Source of the DNA: Octopus vulgaris
Lineage: Eukaryota
Direction of reading: 5' to 3'
Assembly (NCBI GenBank): GCA_951406725.2
Contig: OX597833.1
Span: 33,232,001-33,296,000, forward strand
DNA length: 64,000 nt
Shown here one piece after another: positions 1-11,924 of this stretch (positions are counted from its first letter, which is position 1; every line of letters begins with the position of its first letter). A program made the translations under genes and the position numbers. The notes under the pieces are model-generated. The model was not told the DNA's origin and searched no databases. It saw only the letters and a program-made list of their open reading frames with translations.

Positions 1-375
1 ATTCTACTAGGTATGACAGGATTGCCACATGACTTATTTAAATCTACGTTTGTGAAAACAGTGTTTGCGCTAATAGTTTTAGAGAAAGAGAGGAGATATA
101 TTTGCTAATTTTCTTTTAAGTTTCGTGTGAGGTATGTAAGAAATTTGACCATTGAAACCACTTAGTTTCAGGGCATTATTGTAAACCGGGGCACGTTGAT
201 TAAAAATCTCTTCATTAGCTGATAAATTTGAGATTCTAACGGAAATAGCTGTAACCTTGCAATTGATAGTCAATCTAGGATGGTTCGAGGAAACGTTAAT
301 ATATTGCAGAGATTGATTAAGTTTTCGAAAAGGGTATTATAATCCAGTATTAAGATCCAATGTTACGTCAAAAAT
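1..375 (-). mobile_element. Penelope-like element RT fragment (degraded)
   Basis: Minus strand reads FDVTLDLNTGL*YPFRKLNQSLQYINVSSNHP, then ISVRISNLSANEEIFNQRAPVYNNALKLSGF. These match PLE RT C-terminal/thumb motifs. Confidence 0.75.
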
Positions 376-516
376 AATATTAAGATTAAAAAATCTAACA
401 AAAATTTCCTAGGGGCTTTCTTTAACTTTTCTACCGCCGGTTTAGATCGTCCTACCTCGACAAACATTTATTCACTCTCTTCACTGCTCTACCTTCACAT
501 ATAAAAGACACTAACC

Positions 517-1840
517 ATGCAATACACCTCTTCAACGCATTCTCTTTTCTACCTGGGTGAATCCAAACTCCTTTTCACGATGGACATTAAATCTTTGTAC
601 ACAGTCATCCCTCACAATGACGGTCTCCTAACACTCAAACACTTCTTAGACCGTCGTTCTGTACTTGAACCCATCACTAATACACACCTCCGCCTAGCTG
701 AGCTCTTCTTAACAGTCAATTGTTTTCCTTCTCTGGTGGATTCTATAAGCAGTTCAGTAGTGTTGCTATGGGCACCAGAATGGGCCCCAATTATACCAAC
801 CTCTTTGTAAGTTATGTAGAGGGGCAAATCTTTGCTCACTTTCCTGGACCCATCCCAGAGCTTTATGGTCGTTACATTGACGACTGCATTGGCCCCACAA
901 GCCTTAACAGACAACAGATCAACGATTTTATTTCTTTTGTTATCACCTTTCACCCAGCCTTGGAATTCACCGACACCATTTATAATACATCTGTTTGCTT
1001 TCTTGACATTACCGTCAAAATACACAATACCCACCTCTCCACCTATGTCTACTATAAACCTACTGACTCCCATTCCTACCTCCACTACTCTTCCTCTCGT
1101 CTTAAATATATAAAAGCTGCTATGCCTTTCTCTCAATTTCTTTGACTTCGATGACTTTGCAGCTTCCATTCGGATTTCGAATCCCATTGCAAATCGAGGG
1201 TATCCTCGGCACTCAACCGAGCTCAAGCCATCAACCGCACAGCAGCTCTCCTACCATCTTCACGCACTTCCACCGACCGTTTCCCACTTTCTCTCACCTA
1301 CCACCCCCATCCTCCCTCTGAAGCACAAACTCACCCACAACTTTCGCATTCTTCTTTCTGACCCAACAACCGCCCCTTTCTTTTCCACACCACTTCTTAG
1401 GAGATTTCTAAGGCTCTTAAGAGTCTTAGAAATCTCTTTGTTATAAGCTTCACATCTCACAGCTCCGCACAACCAGGAACCTTTAAATGTTCTCGCCGAC
1501 GATATAACACATGCCCCTACATCAACAATATTACCACCATCATGGGGCCCAAGAAGCAATATCACATAACACACCCCTTCTTTTGCACTTCGGCGAATCT
1601 CATATATTATATTGTATGCAAATTCTGCGGTTCTGGGAACCGTTTTCGCGAACACATCAGAAGCATAAGGCTTCGTATGCCAGGCCAACCTGTCGCCACC
1701 CACTTTAACACTGTGAATCACTGTATCAGATTTATCAGTGTGTGGTATGGCCTGGCACCACGGATCCCCCCTTCTCTAGGAAACGAAAGGAGCAACGTTT
1801 CATATTTGATCTTGGCACTATGTTCCCAACAGGTATGAAT
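517..1840 (+). mobile_element. Penelope-like element, RT + GIY-YIG region, frameshifted pseudogene
   Basis: Motifs across shifted frames: LFTMDIKSLYTVIPH, VAMGTRMGPNYTNLFV, YGRYIDDCI, FLDITV, YYKPTDSHSYLHYSS, then FCTSANLIYYIVCKFC...RFREHIRSI...PVATHFN. Confidence 0.9.
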
Positions 1841-1929
1841 GAACACATTTCCTTTCATCCTTACACCTCCTATTAATTTTTTTAGCCTTTTTAATCCTCC
1901 TTCCACACTCCCTCAGCAACATTCCCTAC

Positions 1930-1930
1930 A

Positions 1931-1966
<36 letters not shown>

Positions 1967-2030
1967 TGTATGTATGTATGTATGTATGTATGTATGTATG
2001 TATGTATGTATGTGTATATATGTATATATG
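1930..2030. repeat. (TATG)n microsatellite
   Basis: Direct inspection. Confidence 0.95.
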
Positions 2031-2340
2031 GGTACAGGTCGTCACGCAACTTGAAATACGAAAACATGAAATACATACCTGGGTATGCGAACAACGAGAG
2101 AAACAAATGGAAAACGAGACAAGTGACATAAAGAACGACCCTTCATCAGTTGTAGGCTGTTTATCTACTCTGCATTTCGAGCAATTCACAACAATATGTG
2201 TTCTCGAGAAGCAGTTGCTCCCGCGAATCAAAGTAAAATTTGGGATTTGCGGAGGGTGAAAGTTGGTAACAAAAACAGGACATACAACAAACCAAACCAA
2301 ACCAAAATAAACAGAACGGATTGTTAATCCAGACGAGCTA

Positions 2341-2378
<38 letters not shown>

Positions 2379-2689
2379 CCATTGGATCTTCATATTCTTT
2401 CGGATTCTAACAACATGGGTCTTGCTGGCTACAGTCGTTGATGCAATATCACACTAATCTACCACGGCTTCTGAACTTTATGAACTTTTTGAACTTCGTA
2501 CGTTAATAACTTTGCCATTTTCTCTCTTTTTTTCTCCCTTCTTTCTCATTCCAGCATACTTAATCACAAATCTTTCCTCTCCCACCTACACCACGATCTC
2601 AAACATTACCTCACCTAGCTCCTTTACCGTTGCCTCCACCATCTCTCAGCCTTTCCCTACTCATTTAAAAAAAAACACGTTTCTCCAGT

Positions 2690-3264
2690 CACATTTCTCA
2701 GTCACTGCCTTCATCATAATCTCACACTCAAAGGTTTCCGCCTTCATTTCCATCCAACCTTCCATTCTGCTTCCACTATCTTACCCATCCTCCGCTCCAC
2801 TTCCTGCTGCCTCATGCGTACCACTATCCGTTCTAATCTCTCCAAAATATACACCCTTGACCGTCTTCTCCCTCTTGCTTACTCTATTTTCTTCTCCTGT
2901 TGCACCCCCTTCGTCGCCCACTCCATCTTATCCTTCATTCTCCATCTAAACCGCCTTCTCCACGACTTTCTTGCTCGTACTAAACAATACAAACTTCACT
3001 CATCCTTCGTTCTGTCCTACCCGGCGCCATTACCCCCACCCTCCTCTTCCTCTCTGACCCACTCCCCTCTCATCCTTCATTCCTTCATCTTATCCCACCC
3101 GACGCCACTACACCTCCGTCCCCGACTACTCATCCTCACCTACCTACCCCTACCTTCACCCATTCCACTTCCTTCTCTCTCTCCTACCAGTCTTCCACCA
3201 CCACCACCCCTACCAAACTTACCCTCCCTCACCCCCATTTCACTCTGTTGTTATCATTACTCCT

Positions 3265-3330
<66 letters not shown>

Positions 3331-3840
3331 GAAGTGTTCTCTCCTTAGTAGGGATCTCTGTTTCATACCTCTCACTCCGTCCAGTAACGAGTTTCAGACC
3401 CGTGCTGATATCCAACACTTCGTGTGCCGTGTCAGGCTACATGCGCTATTCCACAACACTCCACCTGCATCTAAAGAAAACTGCTTCAGTGACCTGAACC
3501 GCCGACTGTCTCAAAGGACGCCAGTTTCAGGCTGTTTATTGATTTGCAAGCGTCTACCAATGTGTTGTGGGCCGGTTGAACTTTCGCAGGCATCCCCGAC
3601 ACTTCAACATCTCCAGAGCTGAACTCTCGGCCCTTCGATGTCTCCGACGCCGTCAAGATATCATCATCAAAGTGGCCGACAAAGTTGGAGCAGTAGTGAT
3701 ATAGCGTGCAGACCTCTATAAGGCTGAAGCACTCTGCCAACTTCAAGATACCTCCTTCTATCGCCCTCTGCCCTCTAGCCCCATGCCAAACTACCAAGAG
3801 ATTGTATCTCCTACCATTCACGACCTCATTTCCTCCTCCA
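2690..3840 (+). mobile_element. Penelope-like element N-terminal ORF remnant, interrupted by (TC)n
   Basis: LLSRDLCFIPLTPSSNEFQTRADIQHFVCRVRLHALF and ELSALRCLRRRQDIIIKVADKVGAVVI match the pre-RT PLE motif IIIK.ADKG.AVV. Confidence 0.75.
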
Positions 3841-3844
3841 TGCG

Positions 3845-3947
<103 letters not shown>

Positions 3948-3969
3948 AGAGTAGATCGTATACGAGTGG

Positions 3970-4087
3970 GTATATATTTGTAAAAAAAGAAGTTTGAAAA
4001 CGCCGCTATATTAGATAAATTTTAATTTTACATGTTTCGGTTCTTGAAAAAACGAACCTTATCAAAAAAATTTATTATAAAAAGTAT
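3970..4087 (-). repeat. Inverted copy of the PLE 3' terminus (pairs with 5944-6060)
   Basis: About 115 bp reverse-complement match to 5944-6060 with a few substitutions; both copies lie at or near (TA)n tracts. Confidence 0.9.
4024..4072 (-). ncRNA. Degenerate minimal type-I hammerhead ribozyme motif
   Basis: Minus strand: aattttt-TTGATAA-GGTTC-loop-GAACC-GAAA-CATG-TA-aaatt. Stem II is intact, stem III is palindromic (ACATGT), and the core has 2 mismatches to CUGANGA. Confidence 0.55.
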
Positions 4088-4099
4088 AATGGAACTTAT

Positions 4100-5030
4100 A
4101 AAGTATAATAAAAGTATAATAGAGACAGATATCTATTATAAACCGACAGACTCCAAACAGTACCTACCCTTTGATTTATGCCACCCACGACACACTAGAA
4201 TAAATGTCCCTTTTTGTTTAGCTAGAAGGATTTGCACCATAATATCAGACACAAACACCCGACACACACGTCTCCAGGAACTTAGAACCACACTCATAAA
4301 TAGAAACTATCCACAGCCCCTAATAGACAGAGCAATCCAACGGGCACTTAAATTAAGTATAGAAGACCTGAGACAAACAAAACCAAAAAAGAAAGAACAA
4401 TTAAAAACCCTTCCCTACATCTCTACACACAACCCACTTAACAATGAGGCCTTCAGCACCATACTACAAAGCACAGCCCTACTAAAGGGAGACCCAAAGA
4501 TGAACCGGATCCTCGAAACACTCACCATCATTAAAAGTAAACGGCAACCAAAATCCTTGAAAAGGATTTTAACCCAAGCTAAACTGCACTCAACATCAAC
4601 CACAAAACCAGCAGTTAGAAAATGTGGAAGGCCCAACTGCGGAATCTGTGTCATCTTGGTAGAAGGTTCAGAATTTATACTAGAACAAGGCCATCAGTTC
4701 ACTATTAGAACAAACTTCACCTGTGCATCAGAAAACTTAATTTACGTCTTAACATGCGCAGGCTGCAATAGGCAGTATATAGGCCATACAAAAAATAGCT
4801 TACGTAAAAGGATGGCGGTGCATAAATCACAAATTAGAAACCCTGAATACCGGAAAATACCGGTCAGCGGACACATAGATAGATGTGCTGCAAATGAAAA
4901 TCCGAAATTTACAACTTACCCACTTTACAAATTCAGTGACAGCGTAACCTTCACTCAACGCCAAAATAAAGAACTTTATTTCATCAAAAAATTTAGACCA
5001 AGTTTGAACACCCTGGGCCAGGAATATTAA
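4100..5030 (+). mobile_element. 5'-truncated Penelope-like element: RT thumb + GIY-YIG endonuclease, still open reading frame
   Basis: ORF 4032-5030: TDIYYKPTDSKQYL..DLCHPRH, LARRICTI, CGRPNCGIC, FTCASENLIYVLTCAGCNRQYIGHT...RMAVHKSQI...KELYFIKKFRPSLN. Confidence 0.92.
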
Positions 5031-5309
5031 AACAAAACATTGGTCTTCCGAAAAAGAAAAATGAAATTCTACCACAACCACTACGACTGCTCCCACTAGC
5101 ACTACTACTAAAACCACCGTGGTCACTACTATTGCTGCTACAATCAACAGCCCCCTACTGCTACTACTGCTGCTACGGCCACAGTGAGAGGATTAAAATA
5201 GTGGAGGTGGGGGGAATTACAATTTCTCAGATCCTTAAACAGTCACTCCTGCTGGCAGTGGTATGTCTTAGGGAAAGATGAATTTATAAAAAGATTTTTT
5301 CTCTGCGAG

Positions 5310-5513
5310 CAGATCTGATTTTGATTCGTTAAAAAATTGATGACGTTTTGCCTCCGTGGTCAAGCTTGTCGTTCTGCTTGGTTGGTTTCCTTACAAGATA
5401 CAGTTATGGGTCAGATCTGATTTTGATTCGTTAAAAAATTGATGACGTTTTTCTTCCGTGGTCAAGCTTGTCGTCCTGCTTGGTTTGTTTCCTTACAGGG
5501 TACAGTTATGGGT
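5310..5513 (+). repeat. Two tandem ~102-bp units in the PLE 3' region
   Basis: cagatctgattttgattcg...tacagttatgggt occurs twice with a few mismatches. Confidence 0.9.
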
Positions 5514-6052
5514 CTTTTCCTTATATTCGTTGAAGTTTGGTTTTGATTGGTTTGGAATTATGTGACGTCAGTGAACAGTGCCAGAGAACCGACCACTGTT
5601 GCTATTACGATCAACAGCCCTTTACTACGGCTACTGCTGCTGTCACATCCACAGCTTAGCTGATATAACCCCAACCACCACCAAGGTTACCAAAATTACG
5701 ACCAACAGACGACGACCAAGAATCACTACTGTTGCTTCCATTGGAACACAAGGGAACACAAAAGCGGTTCCTTTTGATACCAGCAAGAAATCTATAATGA
5801 ACTTCTCCACTACACTCGACAAAACAGTAAGGAACGACTATGGATTTTTTCTATTATACTCTTTATAATATATTTGATAAGGTTCGTCTTTTCAAGAACA
5901 TGGATTCTATTGAATGTATGTAACGATTATGAACTATTCCAACATACTTTTTATAATAAATTTTTTTGATAAGGTTCGTTTCTTCAAAAACCAAAACATG
6001 TAAAATTAAAATTTATCTAATATAGTGGCGTTTTCAAACTTCTTTTTTACAA

Positions 6053-6123
<71 letters not shown>

Positions 6124-7849
6124 AAAACACAGAAAGAAGGAGAAAAATATATATAGCTAAACAGAAAGGGAGGAATTTCGATTATCCCCACGTGGTGAGT
6201 TGTAATGTAAAAAATATATATACTAGCCAATGAAAAATGCGGACGTACACTGACAGTATTGTTAACAATTAAACCTAGAAAAGTAGAGGACAAGAAAAAA
6301 CTGCCGCCCCCTCAAAATAAGGGTAGACGAACATCGCAAAGCTGTGACACGAAGATAACAAATATCCGTCAAATGTAAATAATATACATGATTCCTCATC
6401 TCTTAAATATAGAACAGTATTAATAAATAAATCATAAATTAAGTCATTTCTAGCCTGCAAATAATTAACTCCATGCTTGAAAATTTGAAATTAGTGAAAA
6501 TTGACTGTTAAAATATTTGAATTTTGTCATTTGCCTTTTTTGAACAGCCTTACTACATTATTCAGTACTGCTCATAGAGACAAAATAATTAAAAAAATAG
6601 TAATATTTTATTAAATAATCTTGTTGTTAAAATAATTTATTAAAAAATAGACTTTAAAAGCCATACTACAAAAAAAATAAGCAAAAAATTATATTTTTTA
6701 TAAAAAATAATTTAGACTAATGAAAATAAATATTAGTACTTTTTGTATCGATTTTTGTTGTCTTTCATCTTTTGTTGTGTGTACGCCTAAGAAATATAGT
6801 TTCATATATGAGTAGTGTCCCTTTAATATCTCACAAAAATTGATAATAACTTCAGAATTAAAATTAAATATCTCTTTTTTCTCTAATGAATAAAATTTCA
6901 TGAAACCTTTACCAATGTATTCCTTTAACATTTCTCTTTCATATTAATATCAATATAATAATTCTTAAACAAAATTTTTGAAAATGGTGTGGATTCGGTC
7001 TATACATTTTGTCTCTTAACTTTTGTTCTACTGCACCAGATTTTAAGTATTTTATGTCAAAATGTAGCTTATCACTAGTAGAACATAATTCAAAAAACTA
7101 AATTTGGTTTTGATTAAAACTGAAGTAGTGAGACCGCTTGGAATACGCCGGCTGCGAGAAAAAAGCTACGTTACGAATATTATTCAACTACTGCTGTAGT
7201 TGAATGATAAAATAAAACGAAAATGCACACAGTTTATATAGTTTTAATATATTTTTTACTATATTTTATATTGTTTTTGTCGATCAGTTTCGCTTTCGCT
7301 AATCATGACATTGAAATTATTGTTATTTCGTATTTTCTTAAGAAGATTTTAGTCCATGTTGTGTGTGGAGTAGTTAGTGAATGAATGGTTCAACAAGTAG
7401 AAAAATCTAAGGGGAGGTAATTGGTGATCGTTATTACTGGGGACAGGGGAGATAATTGCTCGTCTTTCCGAGCGGGAATAAATAAATAAAAAAATAAAGA
7501 AGTGAAATGAACTATTTACTGTGACGAGTATGAGATCATGAACTGAAATATATACTGAGATCAAAGCTGATTATGCGTTTCAAATCAAGCTTTCTGTATC
7601 CAACACGTAAATGCAACTGTTAATTAAATAAATTGTGAAAACTGCATTCCTATTCTTTTTCATTTGATGTCAGTTCATCAGCTACACTCGACAACGTACA
7701 TTGAACCCTCAACATCACATTTCGCTGCTCATCCCGCTACAAATGGATAAATCTGCCGCTACATACGGTTATCAACTACTTCAAGTTGATGAAGTAAAAA
7801 TGGAGGAAAGAGAATGTTAATGGGACAAGATAGTACCGAGCCATATTTT

Positions 7850-8532
7850 GTGTCTGTGTGTGCGTTTGTCATTTGGTCGTGTTGTGTCGTTTTTCTATCG
7901 TCCCTCACGTTGGATGTGAGTTTTTTCCCCAGCAGTTCCTTATAAAGTCTGATACTGAGGTCCATTTCAAAGACCCCTACAAACTGGGGATATCTAGATT
8001 TCAGTTTGTTGGGGTCTTTCAAATTTTGTAACCGCTTTGAGTAGCTTTTAATATTTTTTATGTTTGTCGGTATATTTGTGGTTGGTGAAATAAATATTCA
8101 TGTGTTTGTGGATGTGTTCTATTAATTCGTTATTTTTTGTGCTTATAGCTGTGAGATTTATAATGTCTGGTTTATGATCATTTGGTGTAATGCAGACCAT
8201 CTGTTGTGTGTGTAGGCTATGTTGTGTTTGTGATGGTTGTGGAGATTGTGGTGGTAATGGTGGAGATGATGTCATCGTGTTCATGTTTGCAACTGTCTTG
8301 TGTCGCCGGTCACTGCCTGTTCATCTTTGGCTCTGTGGCTAACTGCTTGCTGGTCGCTTGCTATCTGGCTCAACAAACTGAAATCTAGATGTCCCCAGTT
8401 TGTAGGGGTCTTTGAAATGGACCTCAGTATCAGACTTTATAAGGAACTGCTGGGGAAAAAACTCACATCCAACGTGAGGGACGATAGAAAAACGACACAA
8501 CACGACCAAATGACAAACGCACACACAGACAC
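7850..8532. repeat. Fold-back: 162-bp near-perfect inverted arms (7850-8011 / 8371-8532)
   Basis: The same peptide (NKLKSR...NAHTDT) appears in opposite-strand ORFs; direct reverse-complement match. Confidence 0.92.
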
Positions 8533-8759
8533 TGGCTCTCTGTCTTGTGTCTAAGGAAACCGTATTTATAATGGTCATCCTAGTTAGAAGGATAGATATA
8601 CCATAGGAGTAGTTTGTACTTATCTCGGTCACCTGCTGTCCAGTTTAACCCTCCGTGACACTGCTCAGGTCGGAGGTCGAGTGGAAATTTATCCATCACT
8701 ATTTGACAGGATAAAGAAATTTCTTTCGCGCCTGTTCGGCCAGTGGTGGGTCGTGCGAG

Positions 8760-9945
8760 CGGGAATTCTCGGTATAGATGGAGAAAACACGACCTCCCAG
8801 CATGTGTCGAAAATGCTTGACGGCAAGAAATACTGCCAATAATTCTAGACCGAAGGTACTGTACTTAGTCTCGGTGGGTTTTGAGCGTTTACAGAAAAAA
8901 GATACAGGTTGCCAAATACCAACAGTGAGTTGTTGGAGCACACCTCTAACTCCGGAATCGAATGCATCAACTAGTACACACAGTGGGGTGTCTGGTTTGG
9001 GATATTCCAGCATGGTAGCGTTGGATAACACCTTTTTCAAGTCAGTTCTTTTTCATTCAGAAGAATGTTTATATTTTTGCTTGTTCGCTGTCGCGGCAAA
9101 TCTGTGAGCGGTTGGGCTGTCTCTGCACAGTGAAGTATGAATCTGCAGTTGAAGTTACCCTGCCCAGAAATTCCCACAGTTCGCGAAGAGATGTGGGTGG
9201 TGGAAAATCTATGATGGCTTTGATTTTCTCTGGAAGCGGGCACTGTGATGGGTGGCCGTTGTTGTCTGTAAAATGGTTGGGCTGACTGTGACCATCTGGG
9301 TGGTTATACTGCGCTAAGTGATCTGAGTGGAGCTGTCGACAAGTTTGTATGCTTGATATCTACAGGGAGACCGAAATGATGAAGAAAATCGGCTCCTAAA
9401 ATAGGGATCAGCAGTTTGGCTACGATGAATACCCACGAGGTTCAGTGTTAGAAACTGTTCACCGTAAGTTGGAATCGGTGAGTGGTTGACTGCCTGAAAA
9501 CAGACTGGTGTTTCTTTTCTGTGGCCTGAAATGCAGGAAACAGGGATTATGCTGACTTCCGCGCCGGTATCAACAAAAAAAAAACGCGTACCTGTTACAC
9601 GATCGCAGACGAAAAGCCCGCGACTTTTTGGGTGAGAGCCAGGAACTTCCGTTGCGTTCAATTCCTAGCTGTGTCGTTTCCCGAACGGGAAGCTGAAAAC
9701 GAGCATGGAGTCGTGCATTTCTGCGCCCGTGTTCCAAATGTGCGGTGGTATCAACATGTTTCCTGTGAATTACGTGACCGCTTACTAAAATCGATGCGAG
9801 CGCCTGTTACTTCGACGGGGGATACCAAATGATAGGGCTTTATCTGCGCTGTCAGGGCCTTTATATGTGATGAGTGCAAGTCCGAAATTTCGGAAGCGCT
9901 GGTCGAAGAAAGGAAAGGATTTGTAGAAGGAACGACTGGCCGAAC
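8760..9945 (-). mobile_element. Gypsy/Ty3 LTR retrotransposon remnant (gag end, protease, RNase H; most of RT missing)
   Basis: Gag C-terminus (ETC*YHRTFGTRAQKCTTPCSF), protease FFVDTGAEVSIIP, RNase H VLVDAFDSGVRGVLQQ...WQPVSFF...ETKYSTFGLELLAVFLAVKHFRHML. Confidence 0.88.
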
Positions 9946-9948
9946 CAC

Positions 9949-10125
9949 TAAGTTACGGGGACGTAAACACACCAGCATCGGTTGTCAAGCAATGTTGTGG
10001 GGACAAACGCAGACACACAAACATATACACACACATACATATATACATATATACGACGGGCTTCTTTCCAAATCCACTCACAAGACTTTGGTCGGCCTGA
10101 GGCTATAGTAGAAGACACTTGTCCT
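9949..10125 (-). mobile_element. tRNA-derived SINE fragment (same family as 52630-53025)
   Basis: Reverse-complement match to caagtgtcttctactatagcctc...gtgagtggatttgg...cttgacaaccgatgctggtgtgtttacgtcccc. Confidence 0.85.
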
Positions 10126-10129
10126 GACA

Positions 10130-10600
10130 CAAAAAAACACTTGCTTAAAATGAATTGCTGGAGTTATTTCACTTTTTCCAGAAAAATTTTTTTTTAAATT
10201 ACAGAGGCTTAAATTTTGATCATTTTTACCCAGTCAGACAACAGGATTTGGAAGCTGTCATTTTGTGCTGCACATTCTGTCGTTAACATCATGAAATTAG
10301 CACGTGTTGTCAATATTTGAAAACAGCACGTGTTATGCAAATGTGATAAGCAACACGTAACATGCGGTAAACACATTACAATTTAAATATGTTTAATTAC
10401 AGTTTAAATATGCTAAAAAAAACATTTAAGCATTCAATATGCATTTAATGCAATACGTCATTTGTTTACAGTTGACAACACGTGCAGTCACACACAGAAT
10501 GATAGCTTCCAAATCCTGTTTTCTGACTGGATAAAAATTATTAAAGTTTAAACCTCTGTAACATTTTTTAAACTTTTCCGGTAAAAGTGAATTTGCTTGT
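10130..10600. mobile_element. MITE-like element with long imperfect inverted arms
   Basis: ttacagaggcttaaa...ccagtcagacaacaggatttggaagctgtcatt is mirrored by aatgatagcttccaaatcctgttttctgactgg...tttaaacctctgtaa. A related copy is split between 16505-16588 and 17895-18430. Confidence 0.7.
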
Positions 10601-11099
10601 GAGATTCAGGGCGGAAAATTACATCAATACACCAAATTTTATAATTTCCACTAAACTTTAGAATTTCCACAGGTGTTGCCAAACAGAAAAGATCCCAATT
10701 ATACGTTAGGCCAGCGAAATAAATAAAATGGGTCGCAACAAAAAAGTTTGAAAAACGCTGCGTTAGACGATACTCGTATAACGTAATTTCTGGTTTCATA
10801 GTTTATTCCACCATACTGTCACAATATTGCATTCAAATGTACAGAATCAAACGTTTTCCCTTACAAACACTTTCAAATATATTTTAGTACGTACATGATG
10901 AAACATACTAAATTTAGTTTTTTCGCAAAATATACTGGCGGAAGTAAAGAACATGAACCGCACCCACTTTAGGACTGTGTTTGTTTTTATGTTTCTTTGT
11001 TGTTTTTTTTGGGGGGGGGGGGGGTTCGTTTTGTTTTTTTACAGAAACATTATATCGAGAGCTGAGATTCCGAATCTGCAAAATATCTGCATTTCAAAA

Positions 11100-11515
11100 T
11101 TTTAAAGAAATTCGAAAAAAGTACGCAGAAATGCTACGAGAATTATCGCTTACATACCTTCAAAAGTCATGGTGGGTAAATTTCTGCCATGTGTTTGAAG
11201 GCCTTATAGTCTTCCCACGCTCGGTCGCACGTCATGTTGTACAGATGATACATTGCTTCGCCAACGTGCGACCATCGCATATCCCCACTCGACCCGAATT
11301 TGTATTTCAATTGTATTTTAATTCCGTTCCAGTATGCCCCAACTCTCGGAATTTTGTGACCCCGAGAGTGGTTGACAGTTCCATGGATGTAGTCAAGTCT
11401 TTCAAAGTTCTGGGAACCATTGGTCTGTAAATATTGTAGACCCTGGTTCTATGTTTTCCAGAATGAGTACCTCCAGTGTTTCTGCCTTTCTATCTTGAAC
11501 GTGTTGCAAATAACC
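11100..11515 (-). mobile_element. Second, inverted copy of the Merlin transposase 3' half
   Basis: Reverse-complement similarity to 12968-13395 (DRKAETLEVLILENIEPGSTIFTDQW...GTVNHS). Confidence 0.88.
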
Positions 11516-11517
11516 TG

Positions 11518-11690
11518 CTCAGCTGTTCCCTGCTACGTCTGTCCCTTTGGGTTCCATGCTACGTCCCCGTTGTCTCCAGTGGCCAAAGGCCGCCAGCTGT
11601 TCCATGTTACGTCCATCTCTTTGAGTTCCATGCTACGTCCCCGTTCCGTCCAGCGGCCAAAAACCAACTGTTCCCTGCTAGGTCCGAATG
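11518..11690 (+). repeat. Minisatellite inside the Merlin element
   Basis: About 2.3 copies of a ~75-bp unit built from a recurring GTTCC[A/C]TGCTACGTC submotif. Confidence 0.8.
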
Positions 11691-11924
11691 TATGTATATA
11701 CAGTCTACGCTAAAGTTTCATTTTCAAAATTGAAAAGATATTGGCTTTGGACGAACGTTTTTTCTTACTTCAACCTGCAACCAAATTGTTTTCTATATTC
11801 TTCAAAAATTTTTGACTGTTTGTTACGATTTTTTAGTTTTGGACATTTTGTTTGATTGTTTGAATTTTTGAACTTTTTGTTGCGTTTTTAACGTTCTCGG
11901 AAGATTAATTGCCCCGGACAACAA

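Noticed and set aside
612-1226. 204-aa minus-strand ORF
   Set aside because: It is the antisense shadow of the Penelope RT.
1839-2300. ORFs with MYVC/YIHT, YI or HT repeats here and at 42.7-43.1, 44.4-44.9, 48.2-48.4, 51.4-51.6 and 61.5-62.5 kb
   Set aside because: These are translations of microsatellites that happen to lack stop codons.
11518-11690. Spaced short repeats resembling a CRISPR array
   Set aside because: The spacers are themselves repeated, there are no cas genes, and the context is a eukaryotic transposon.
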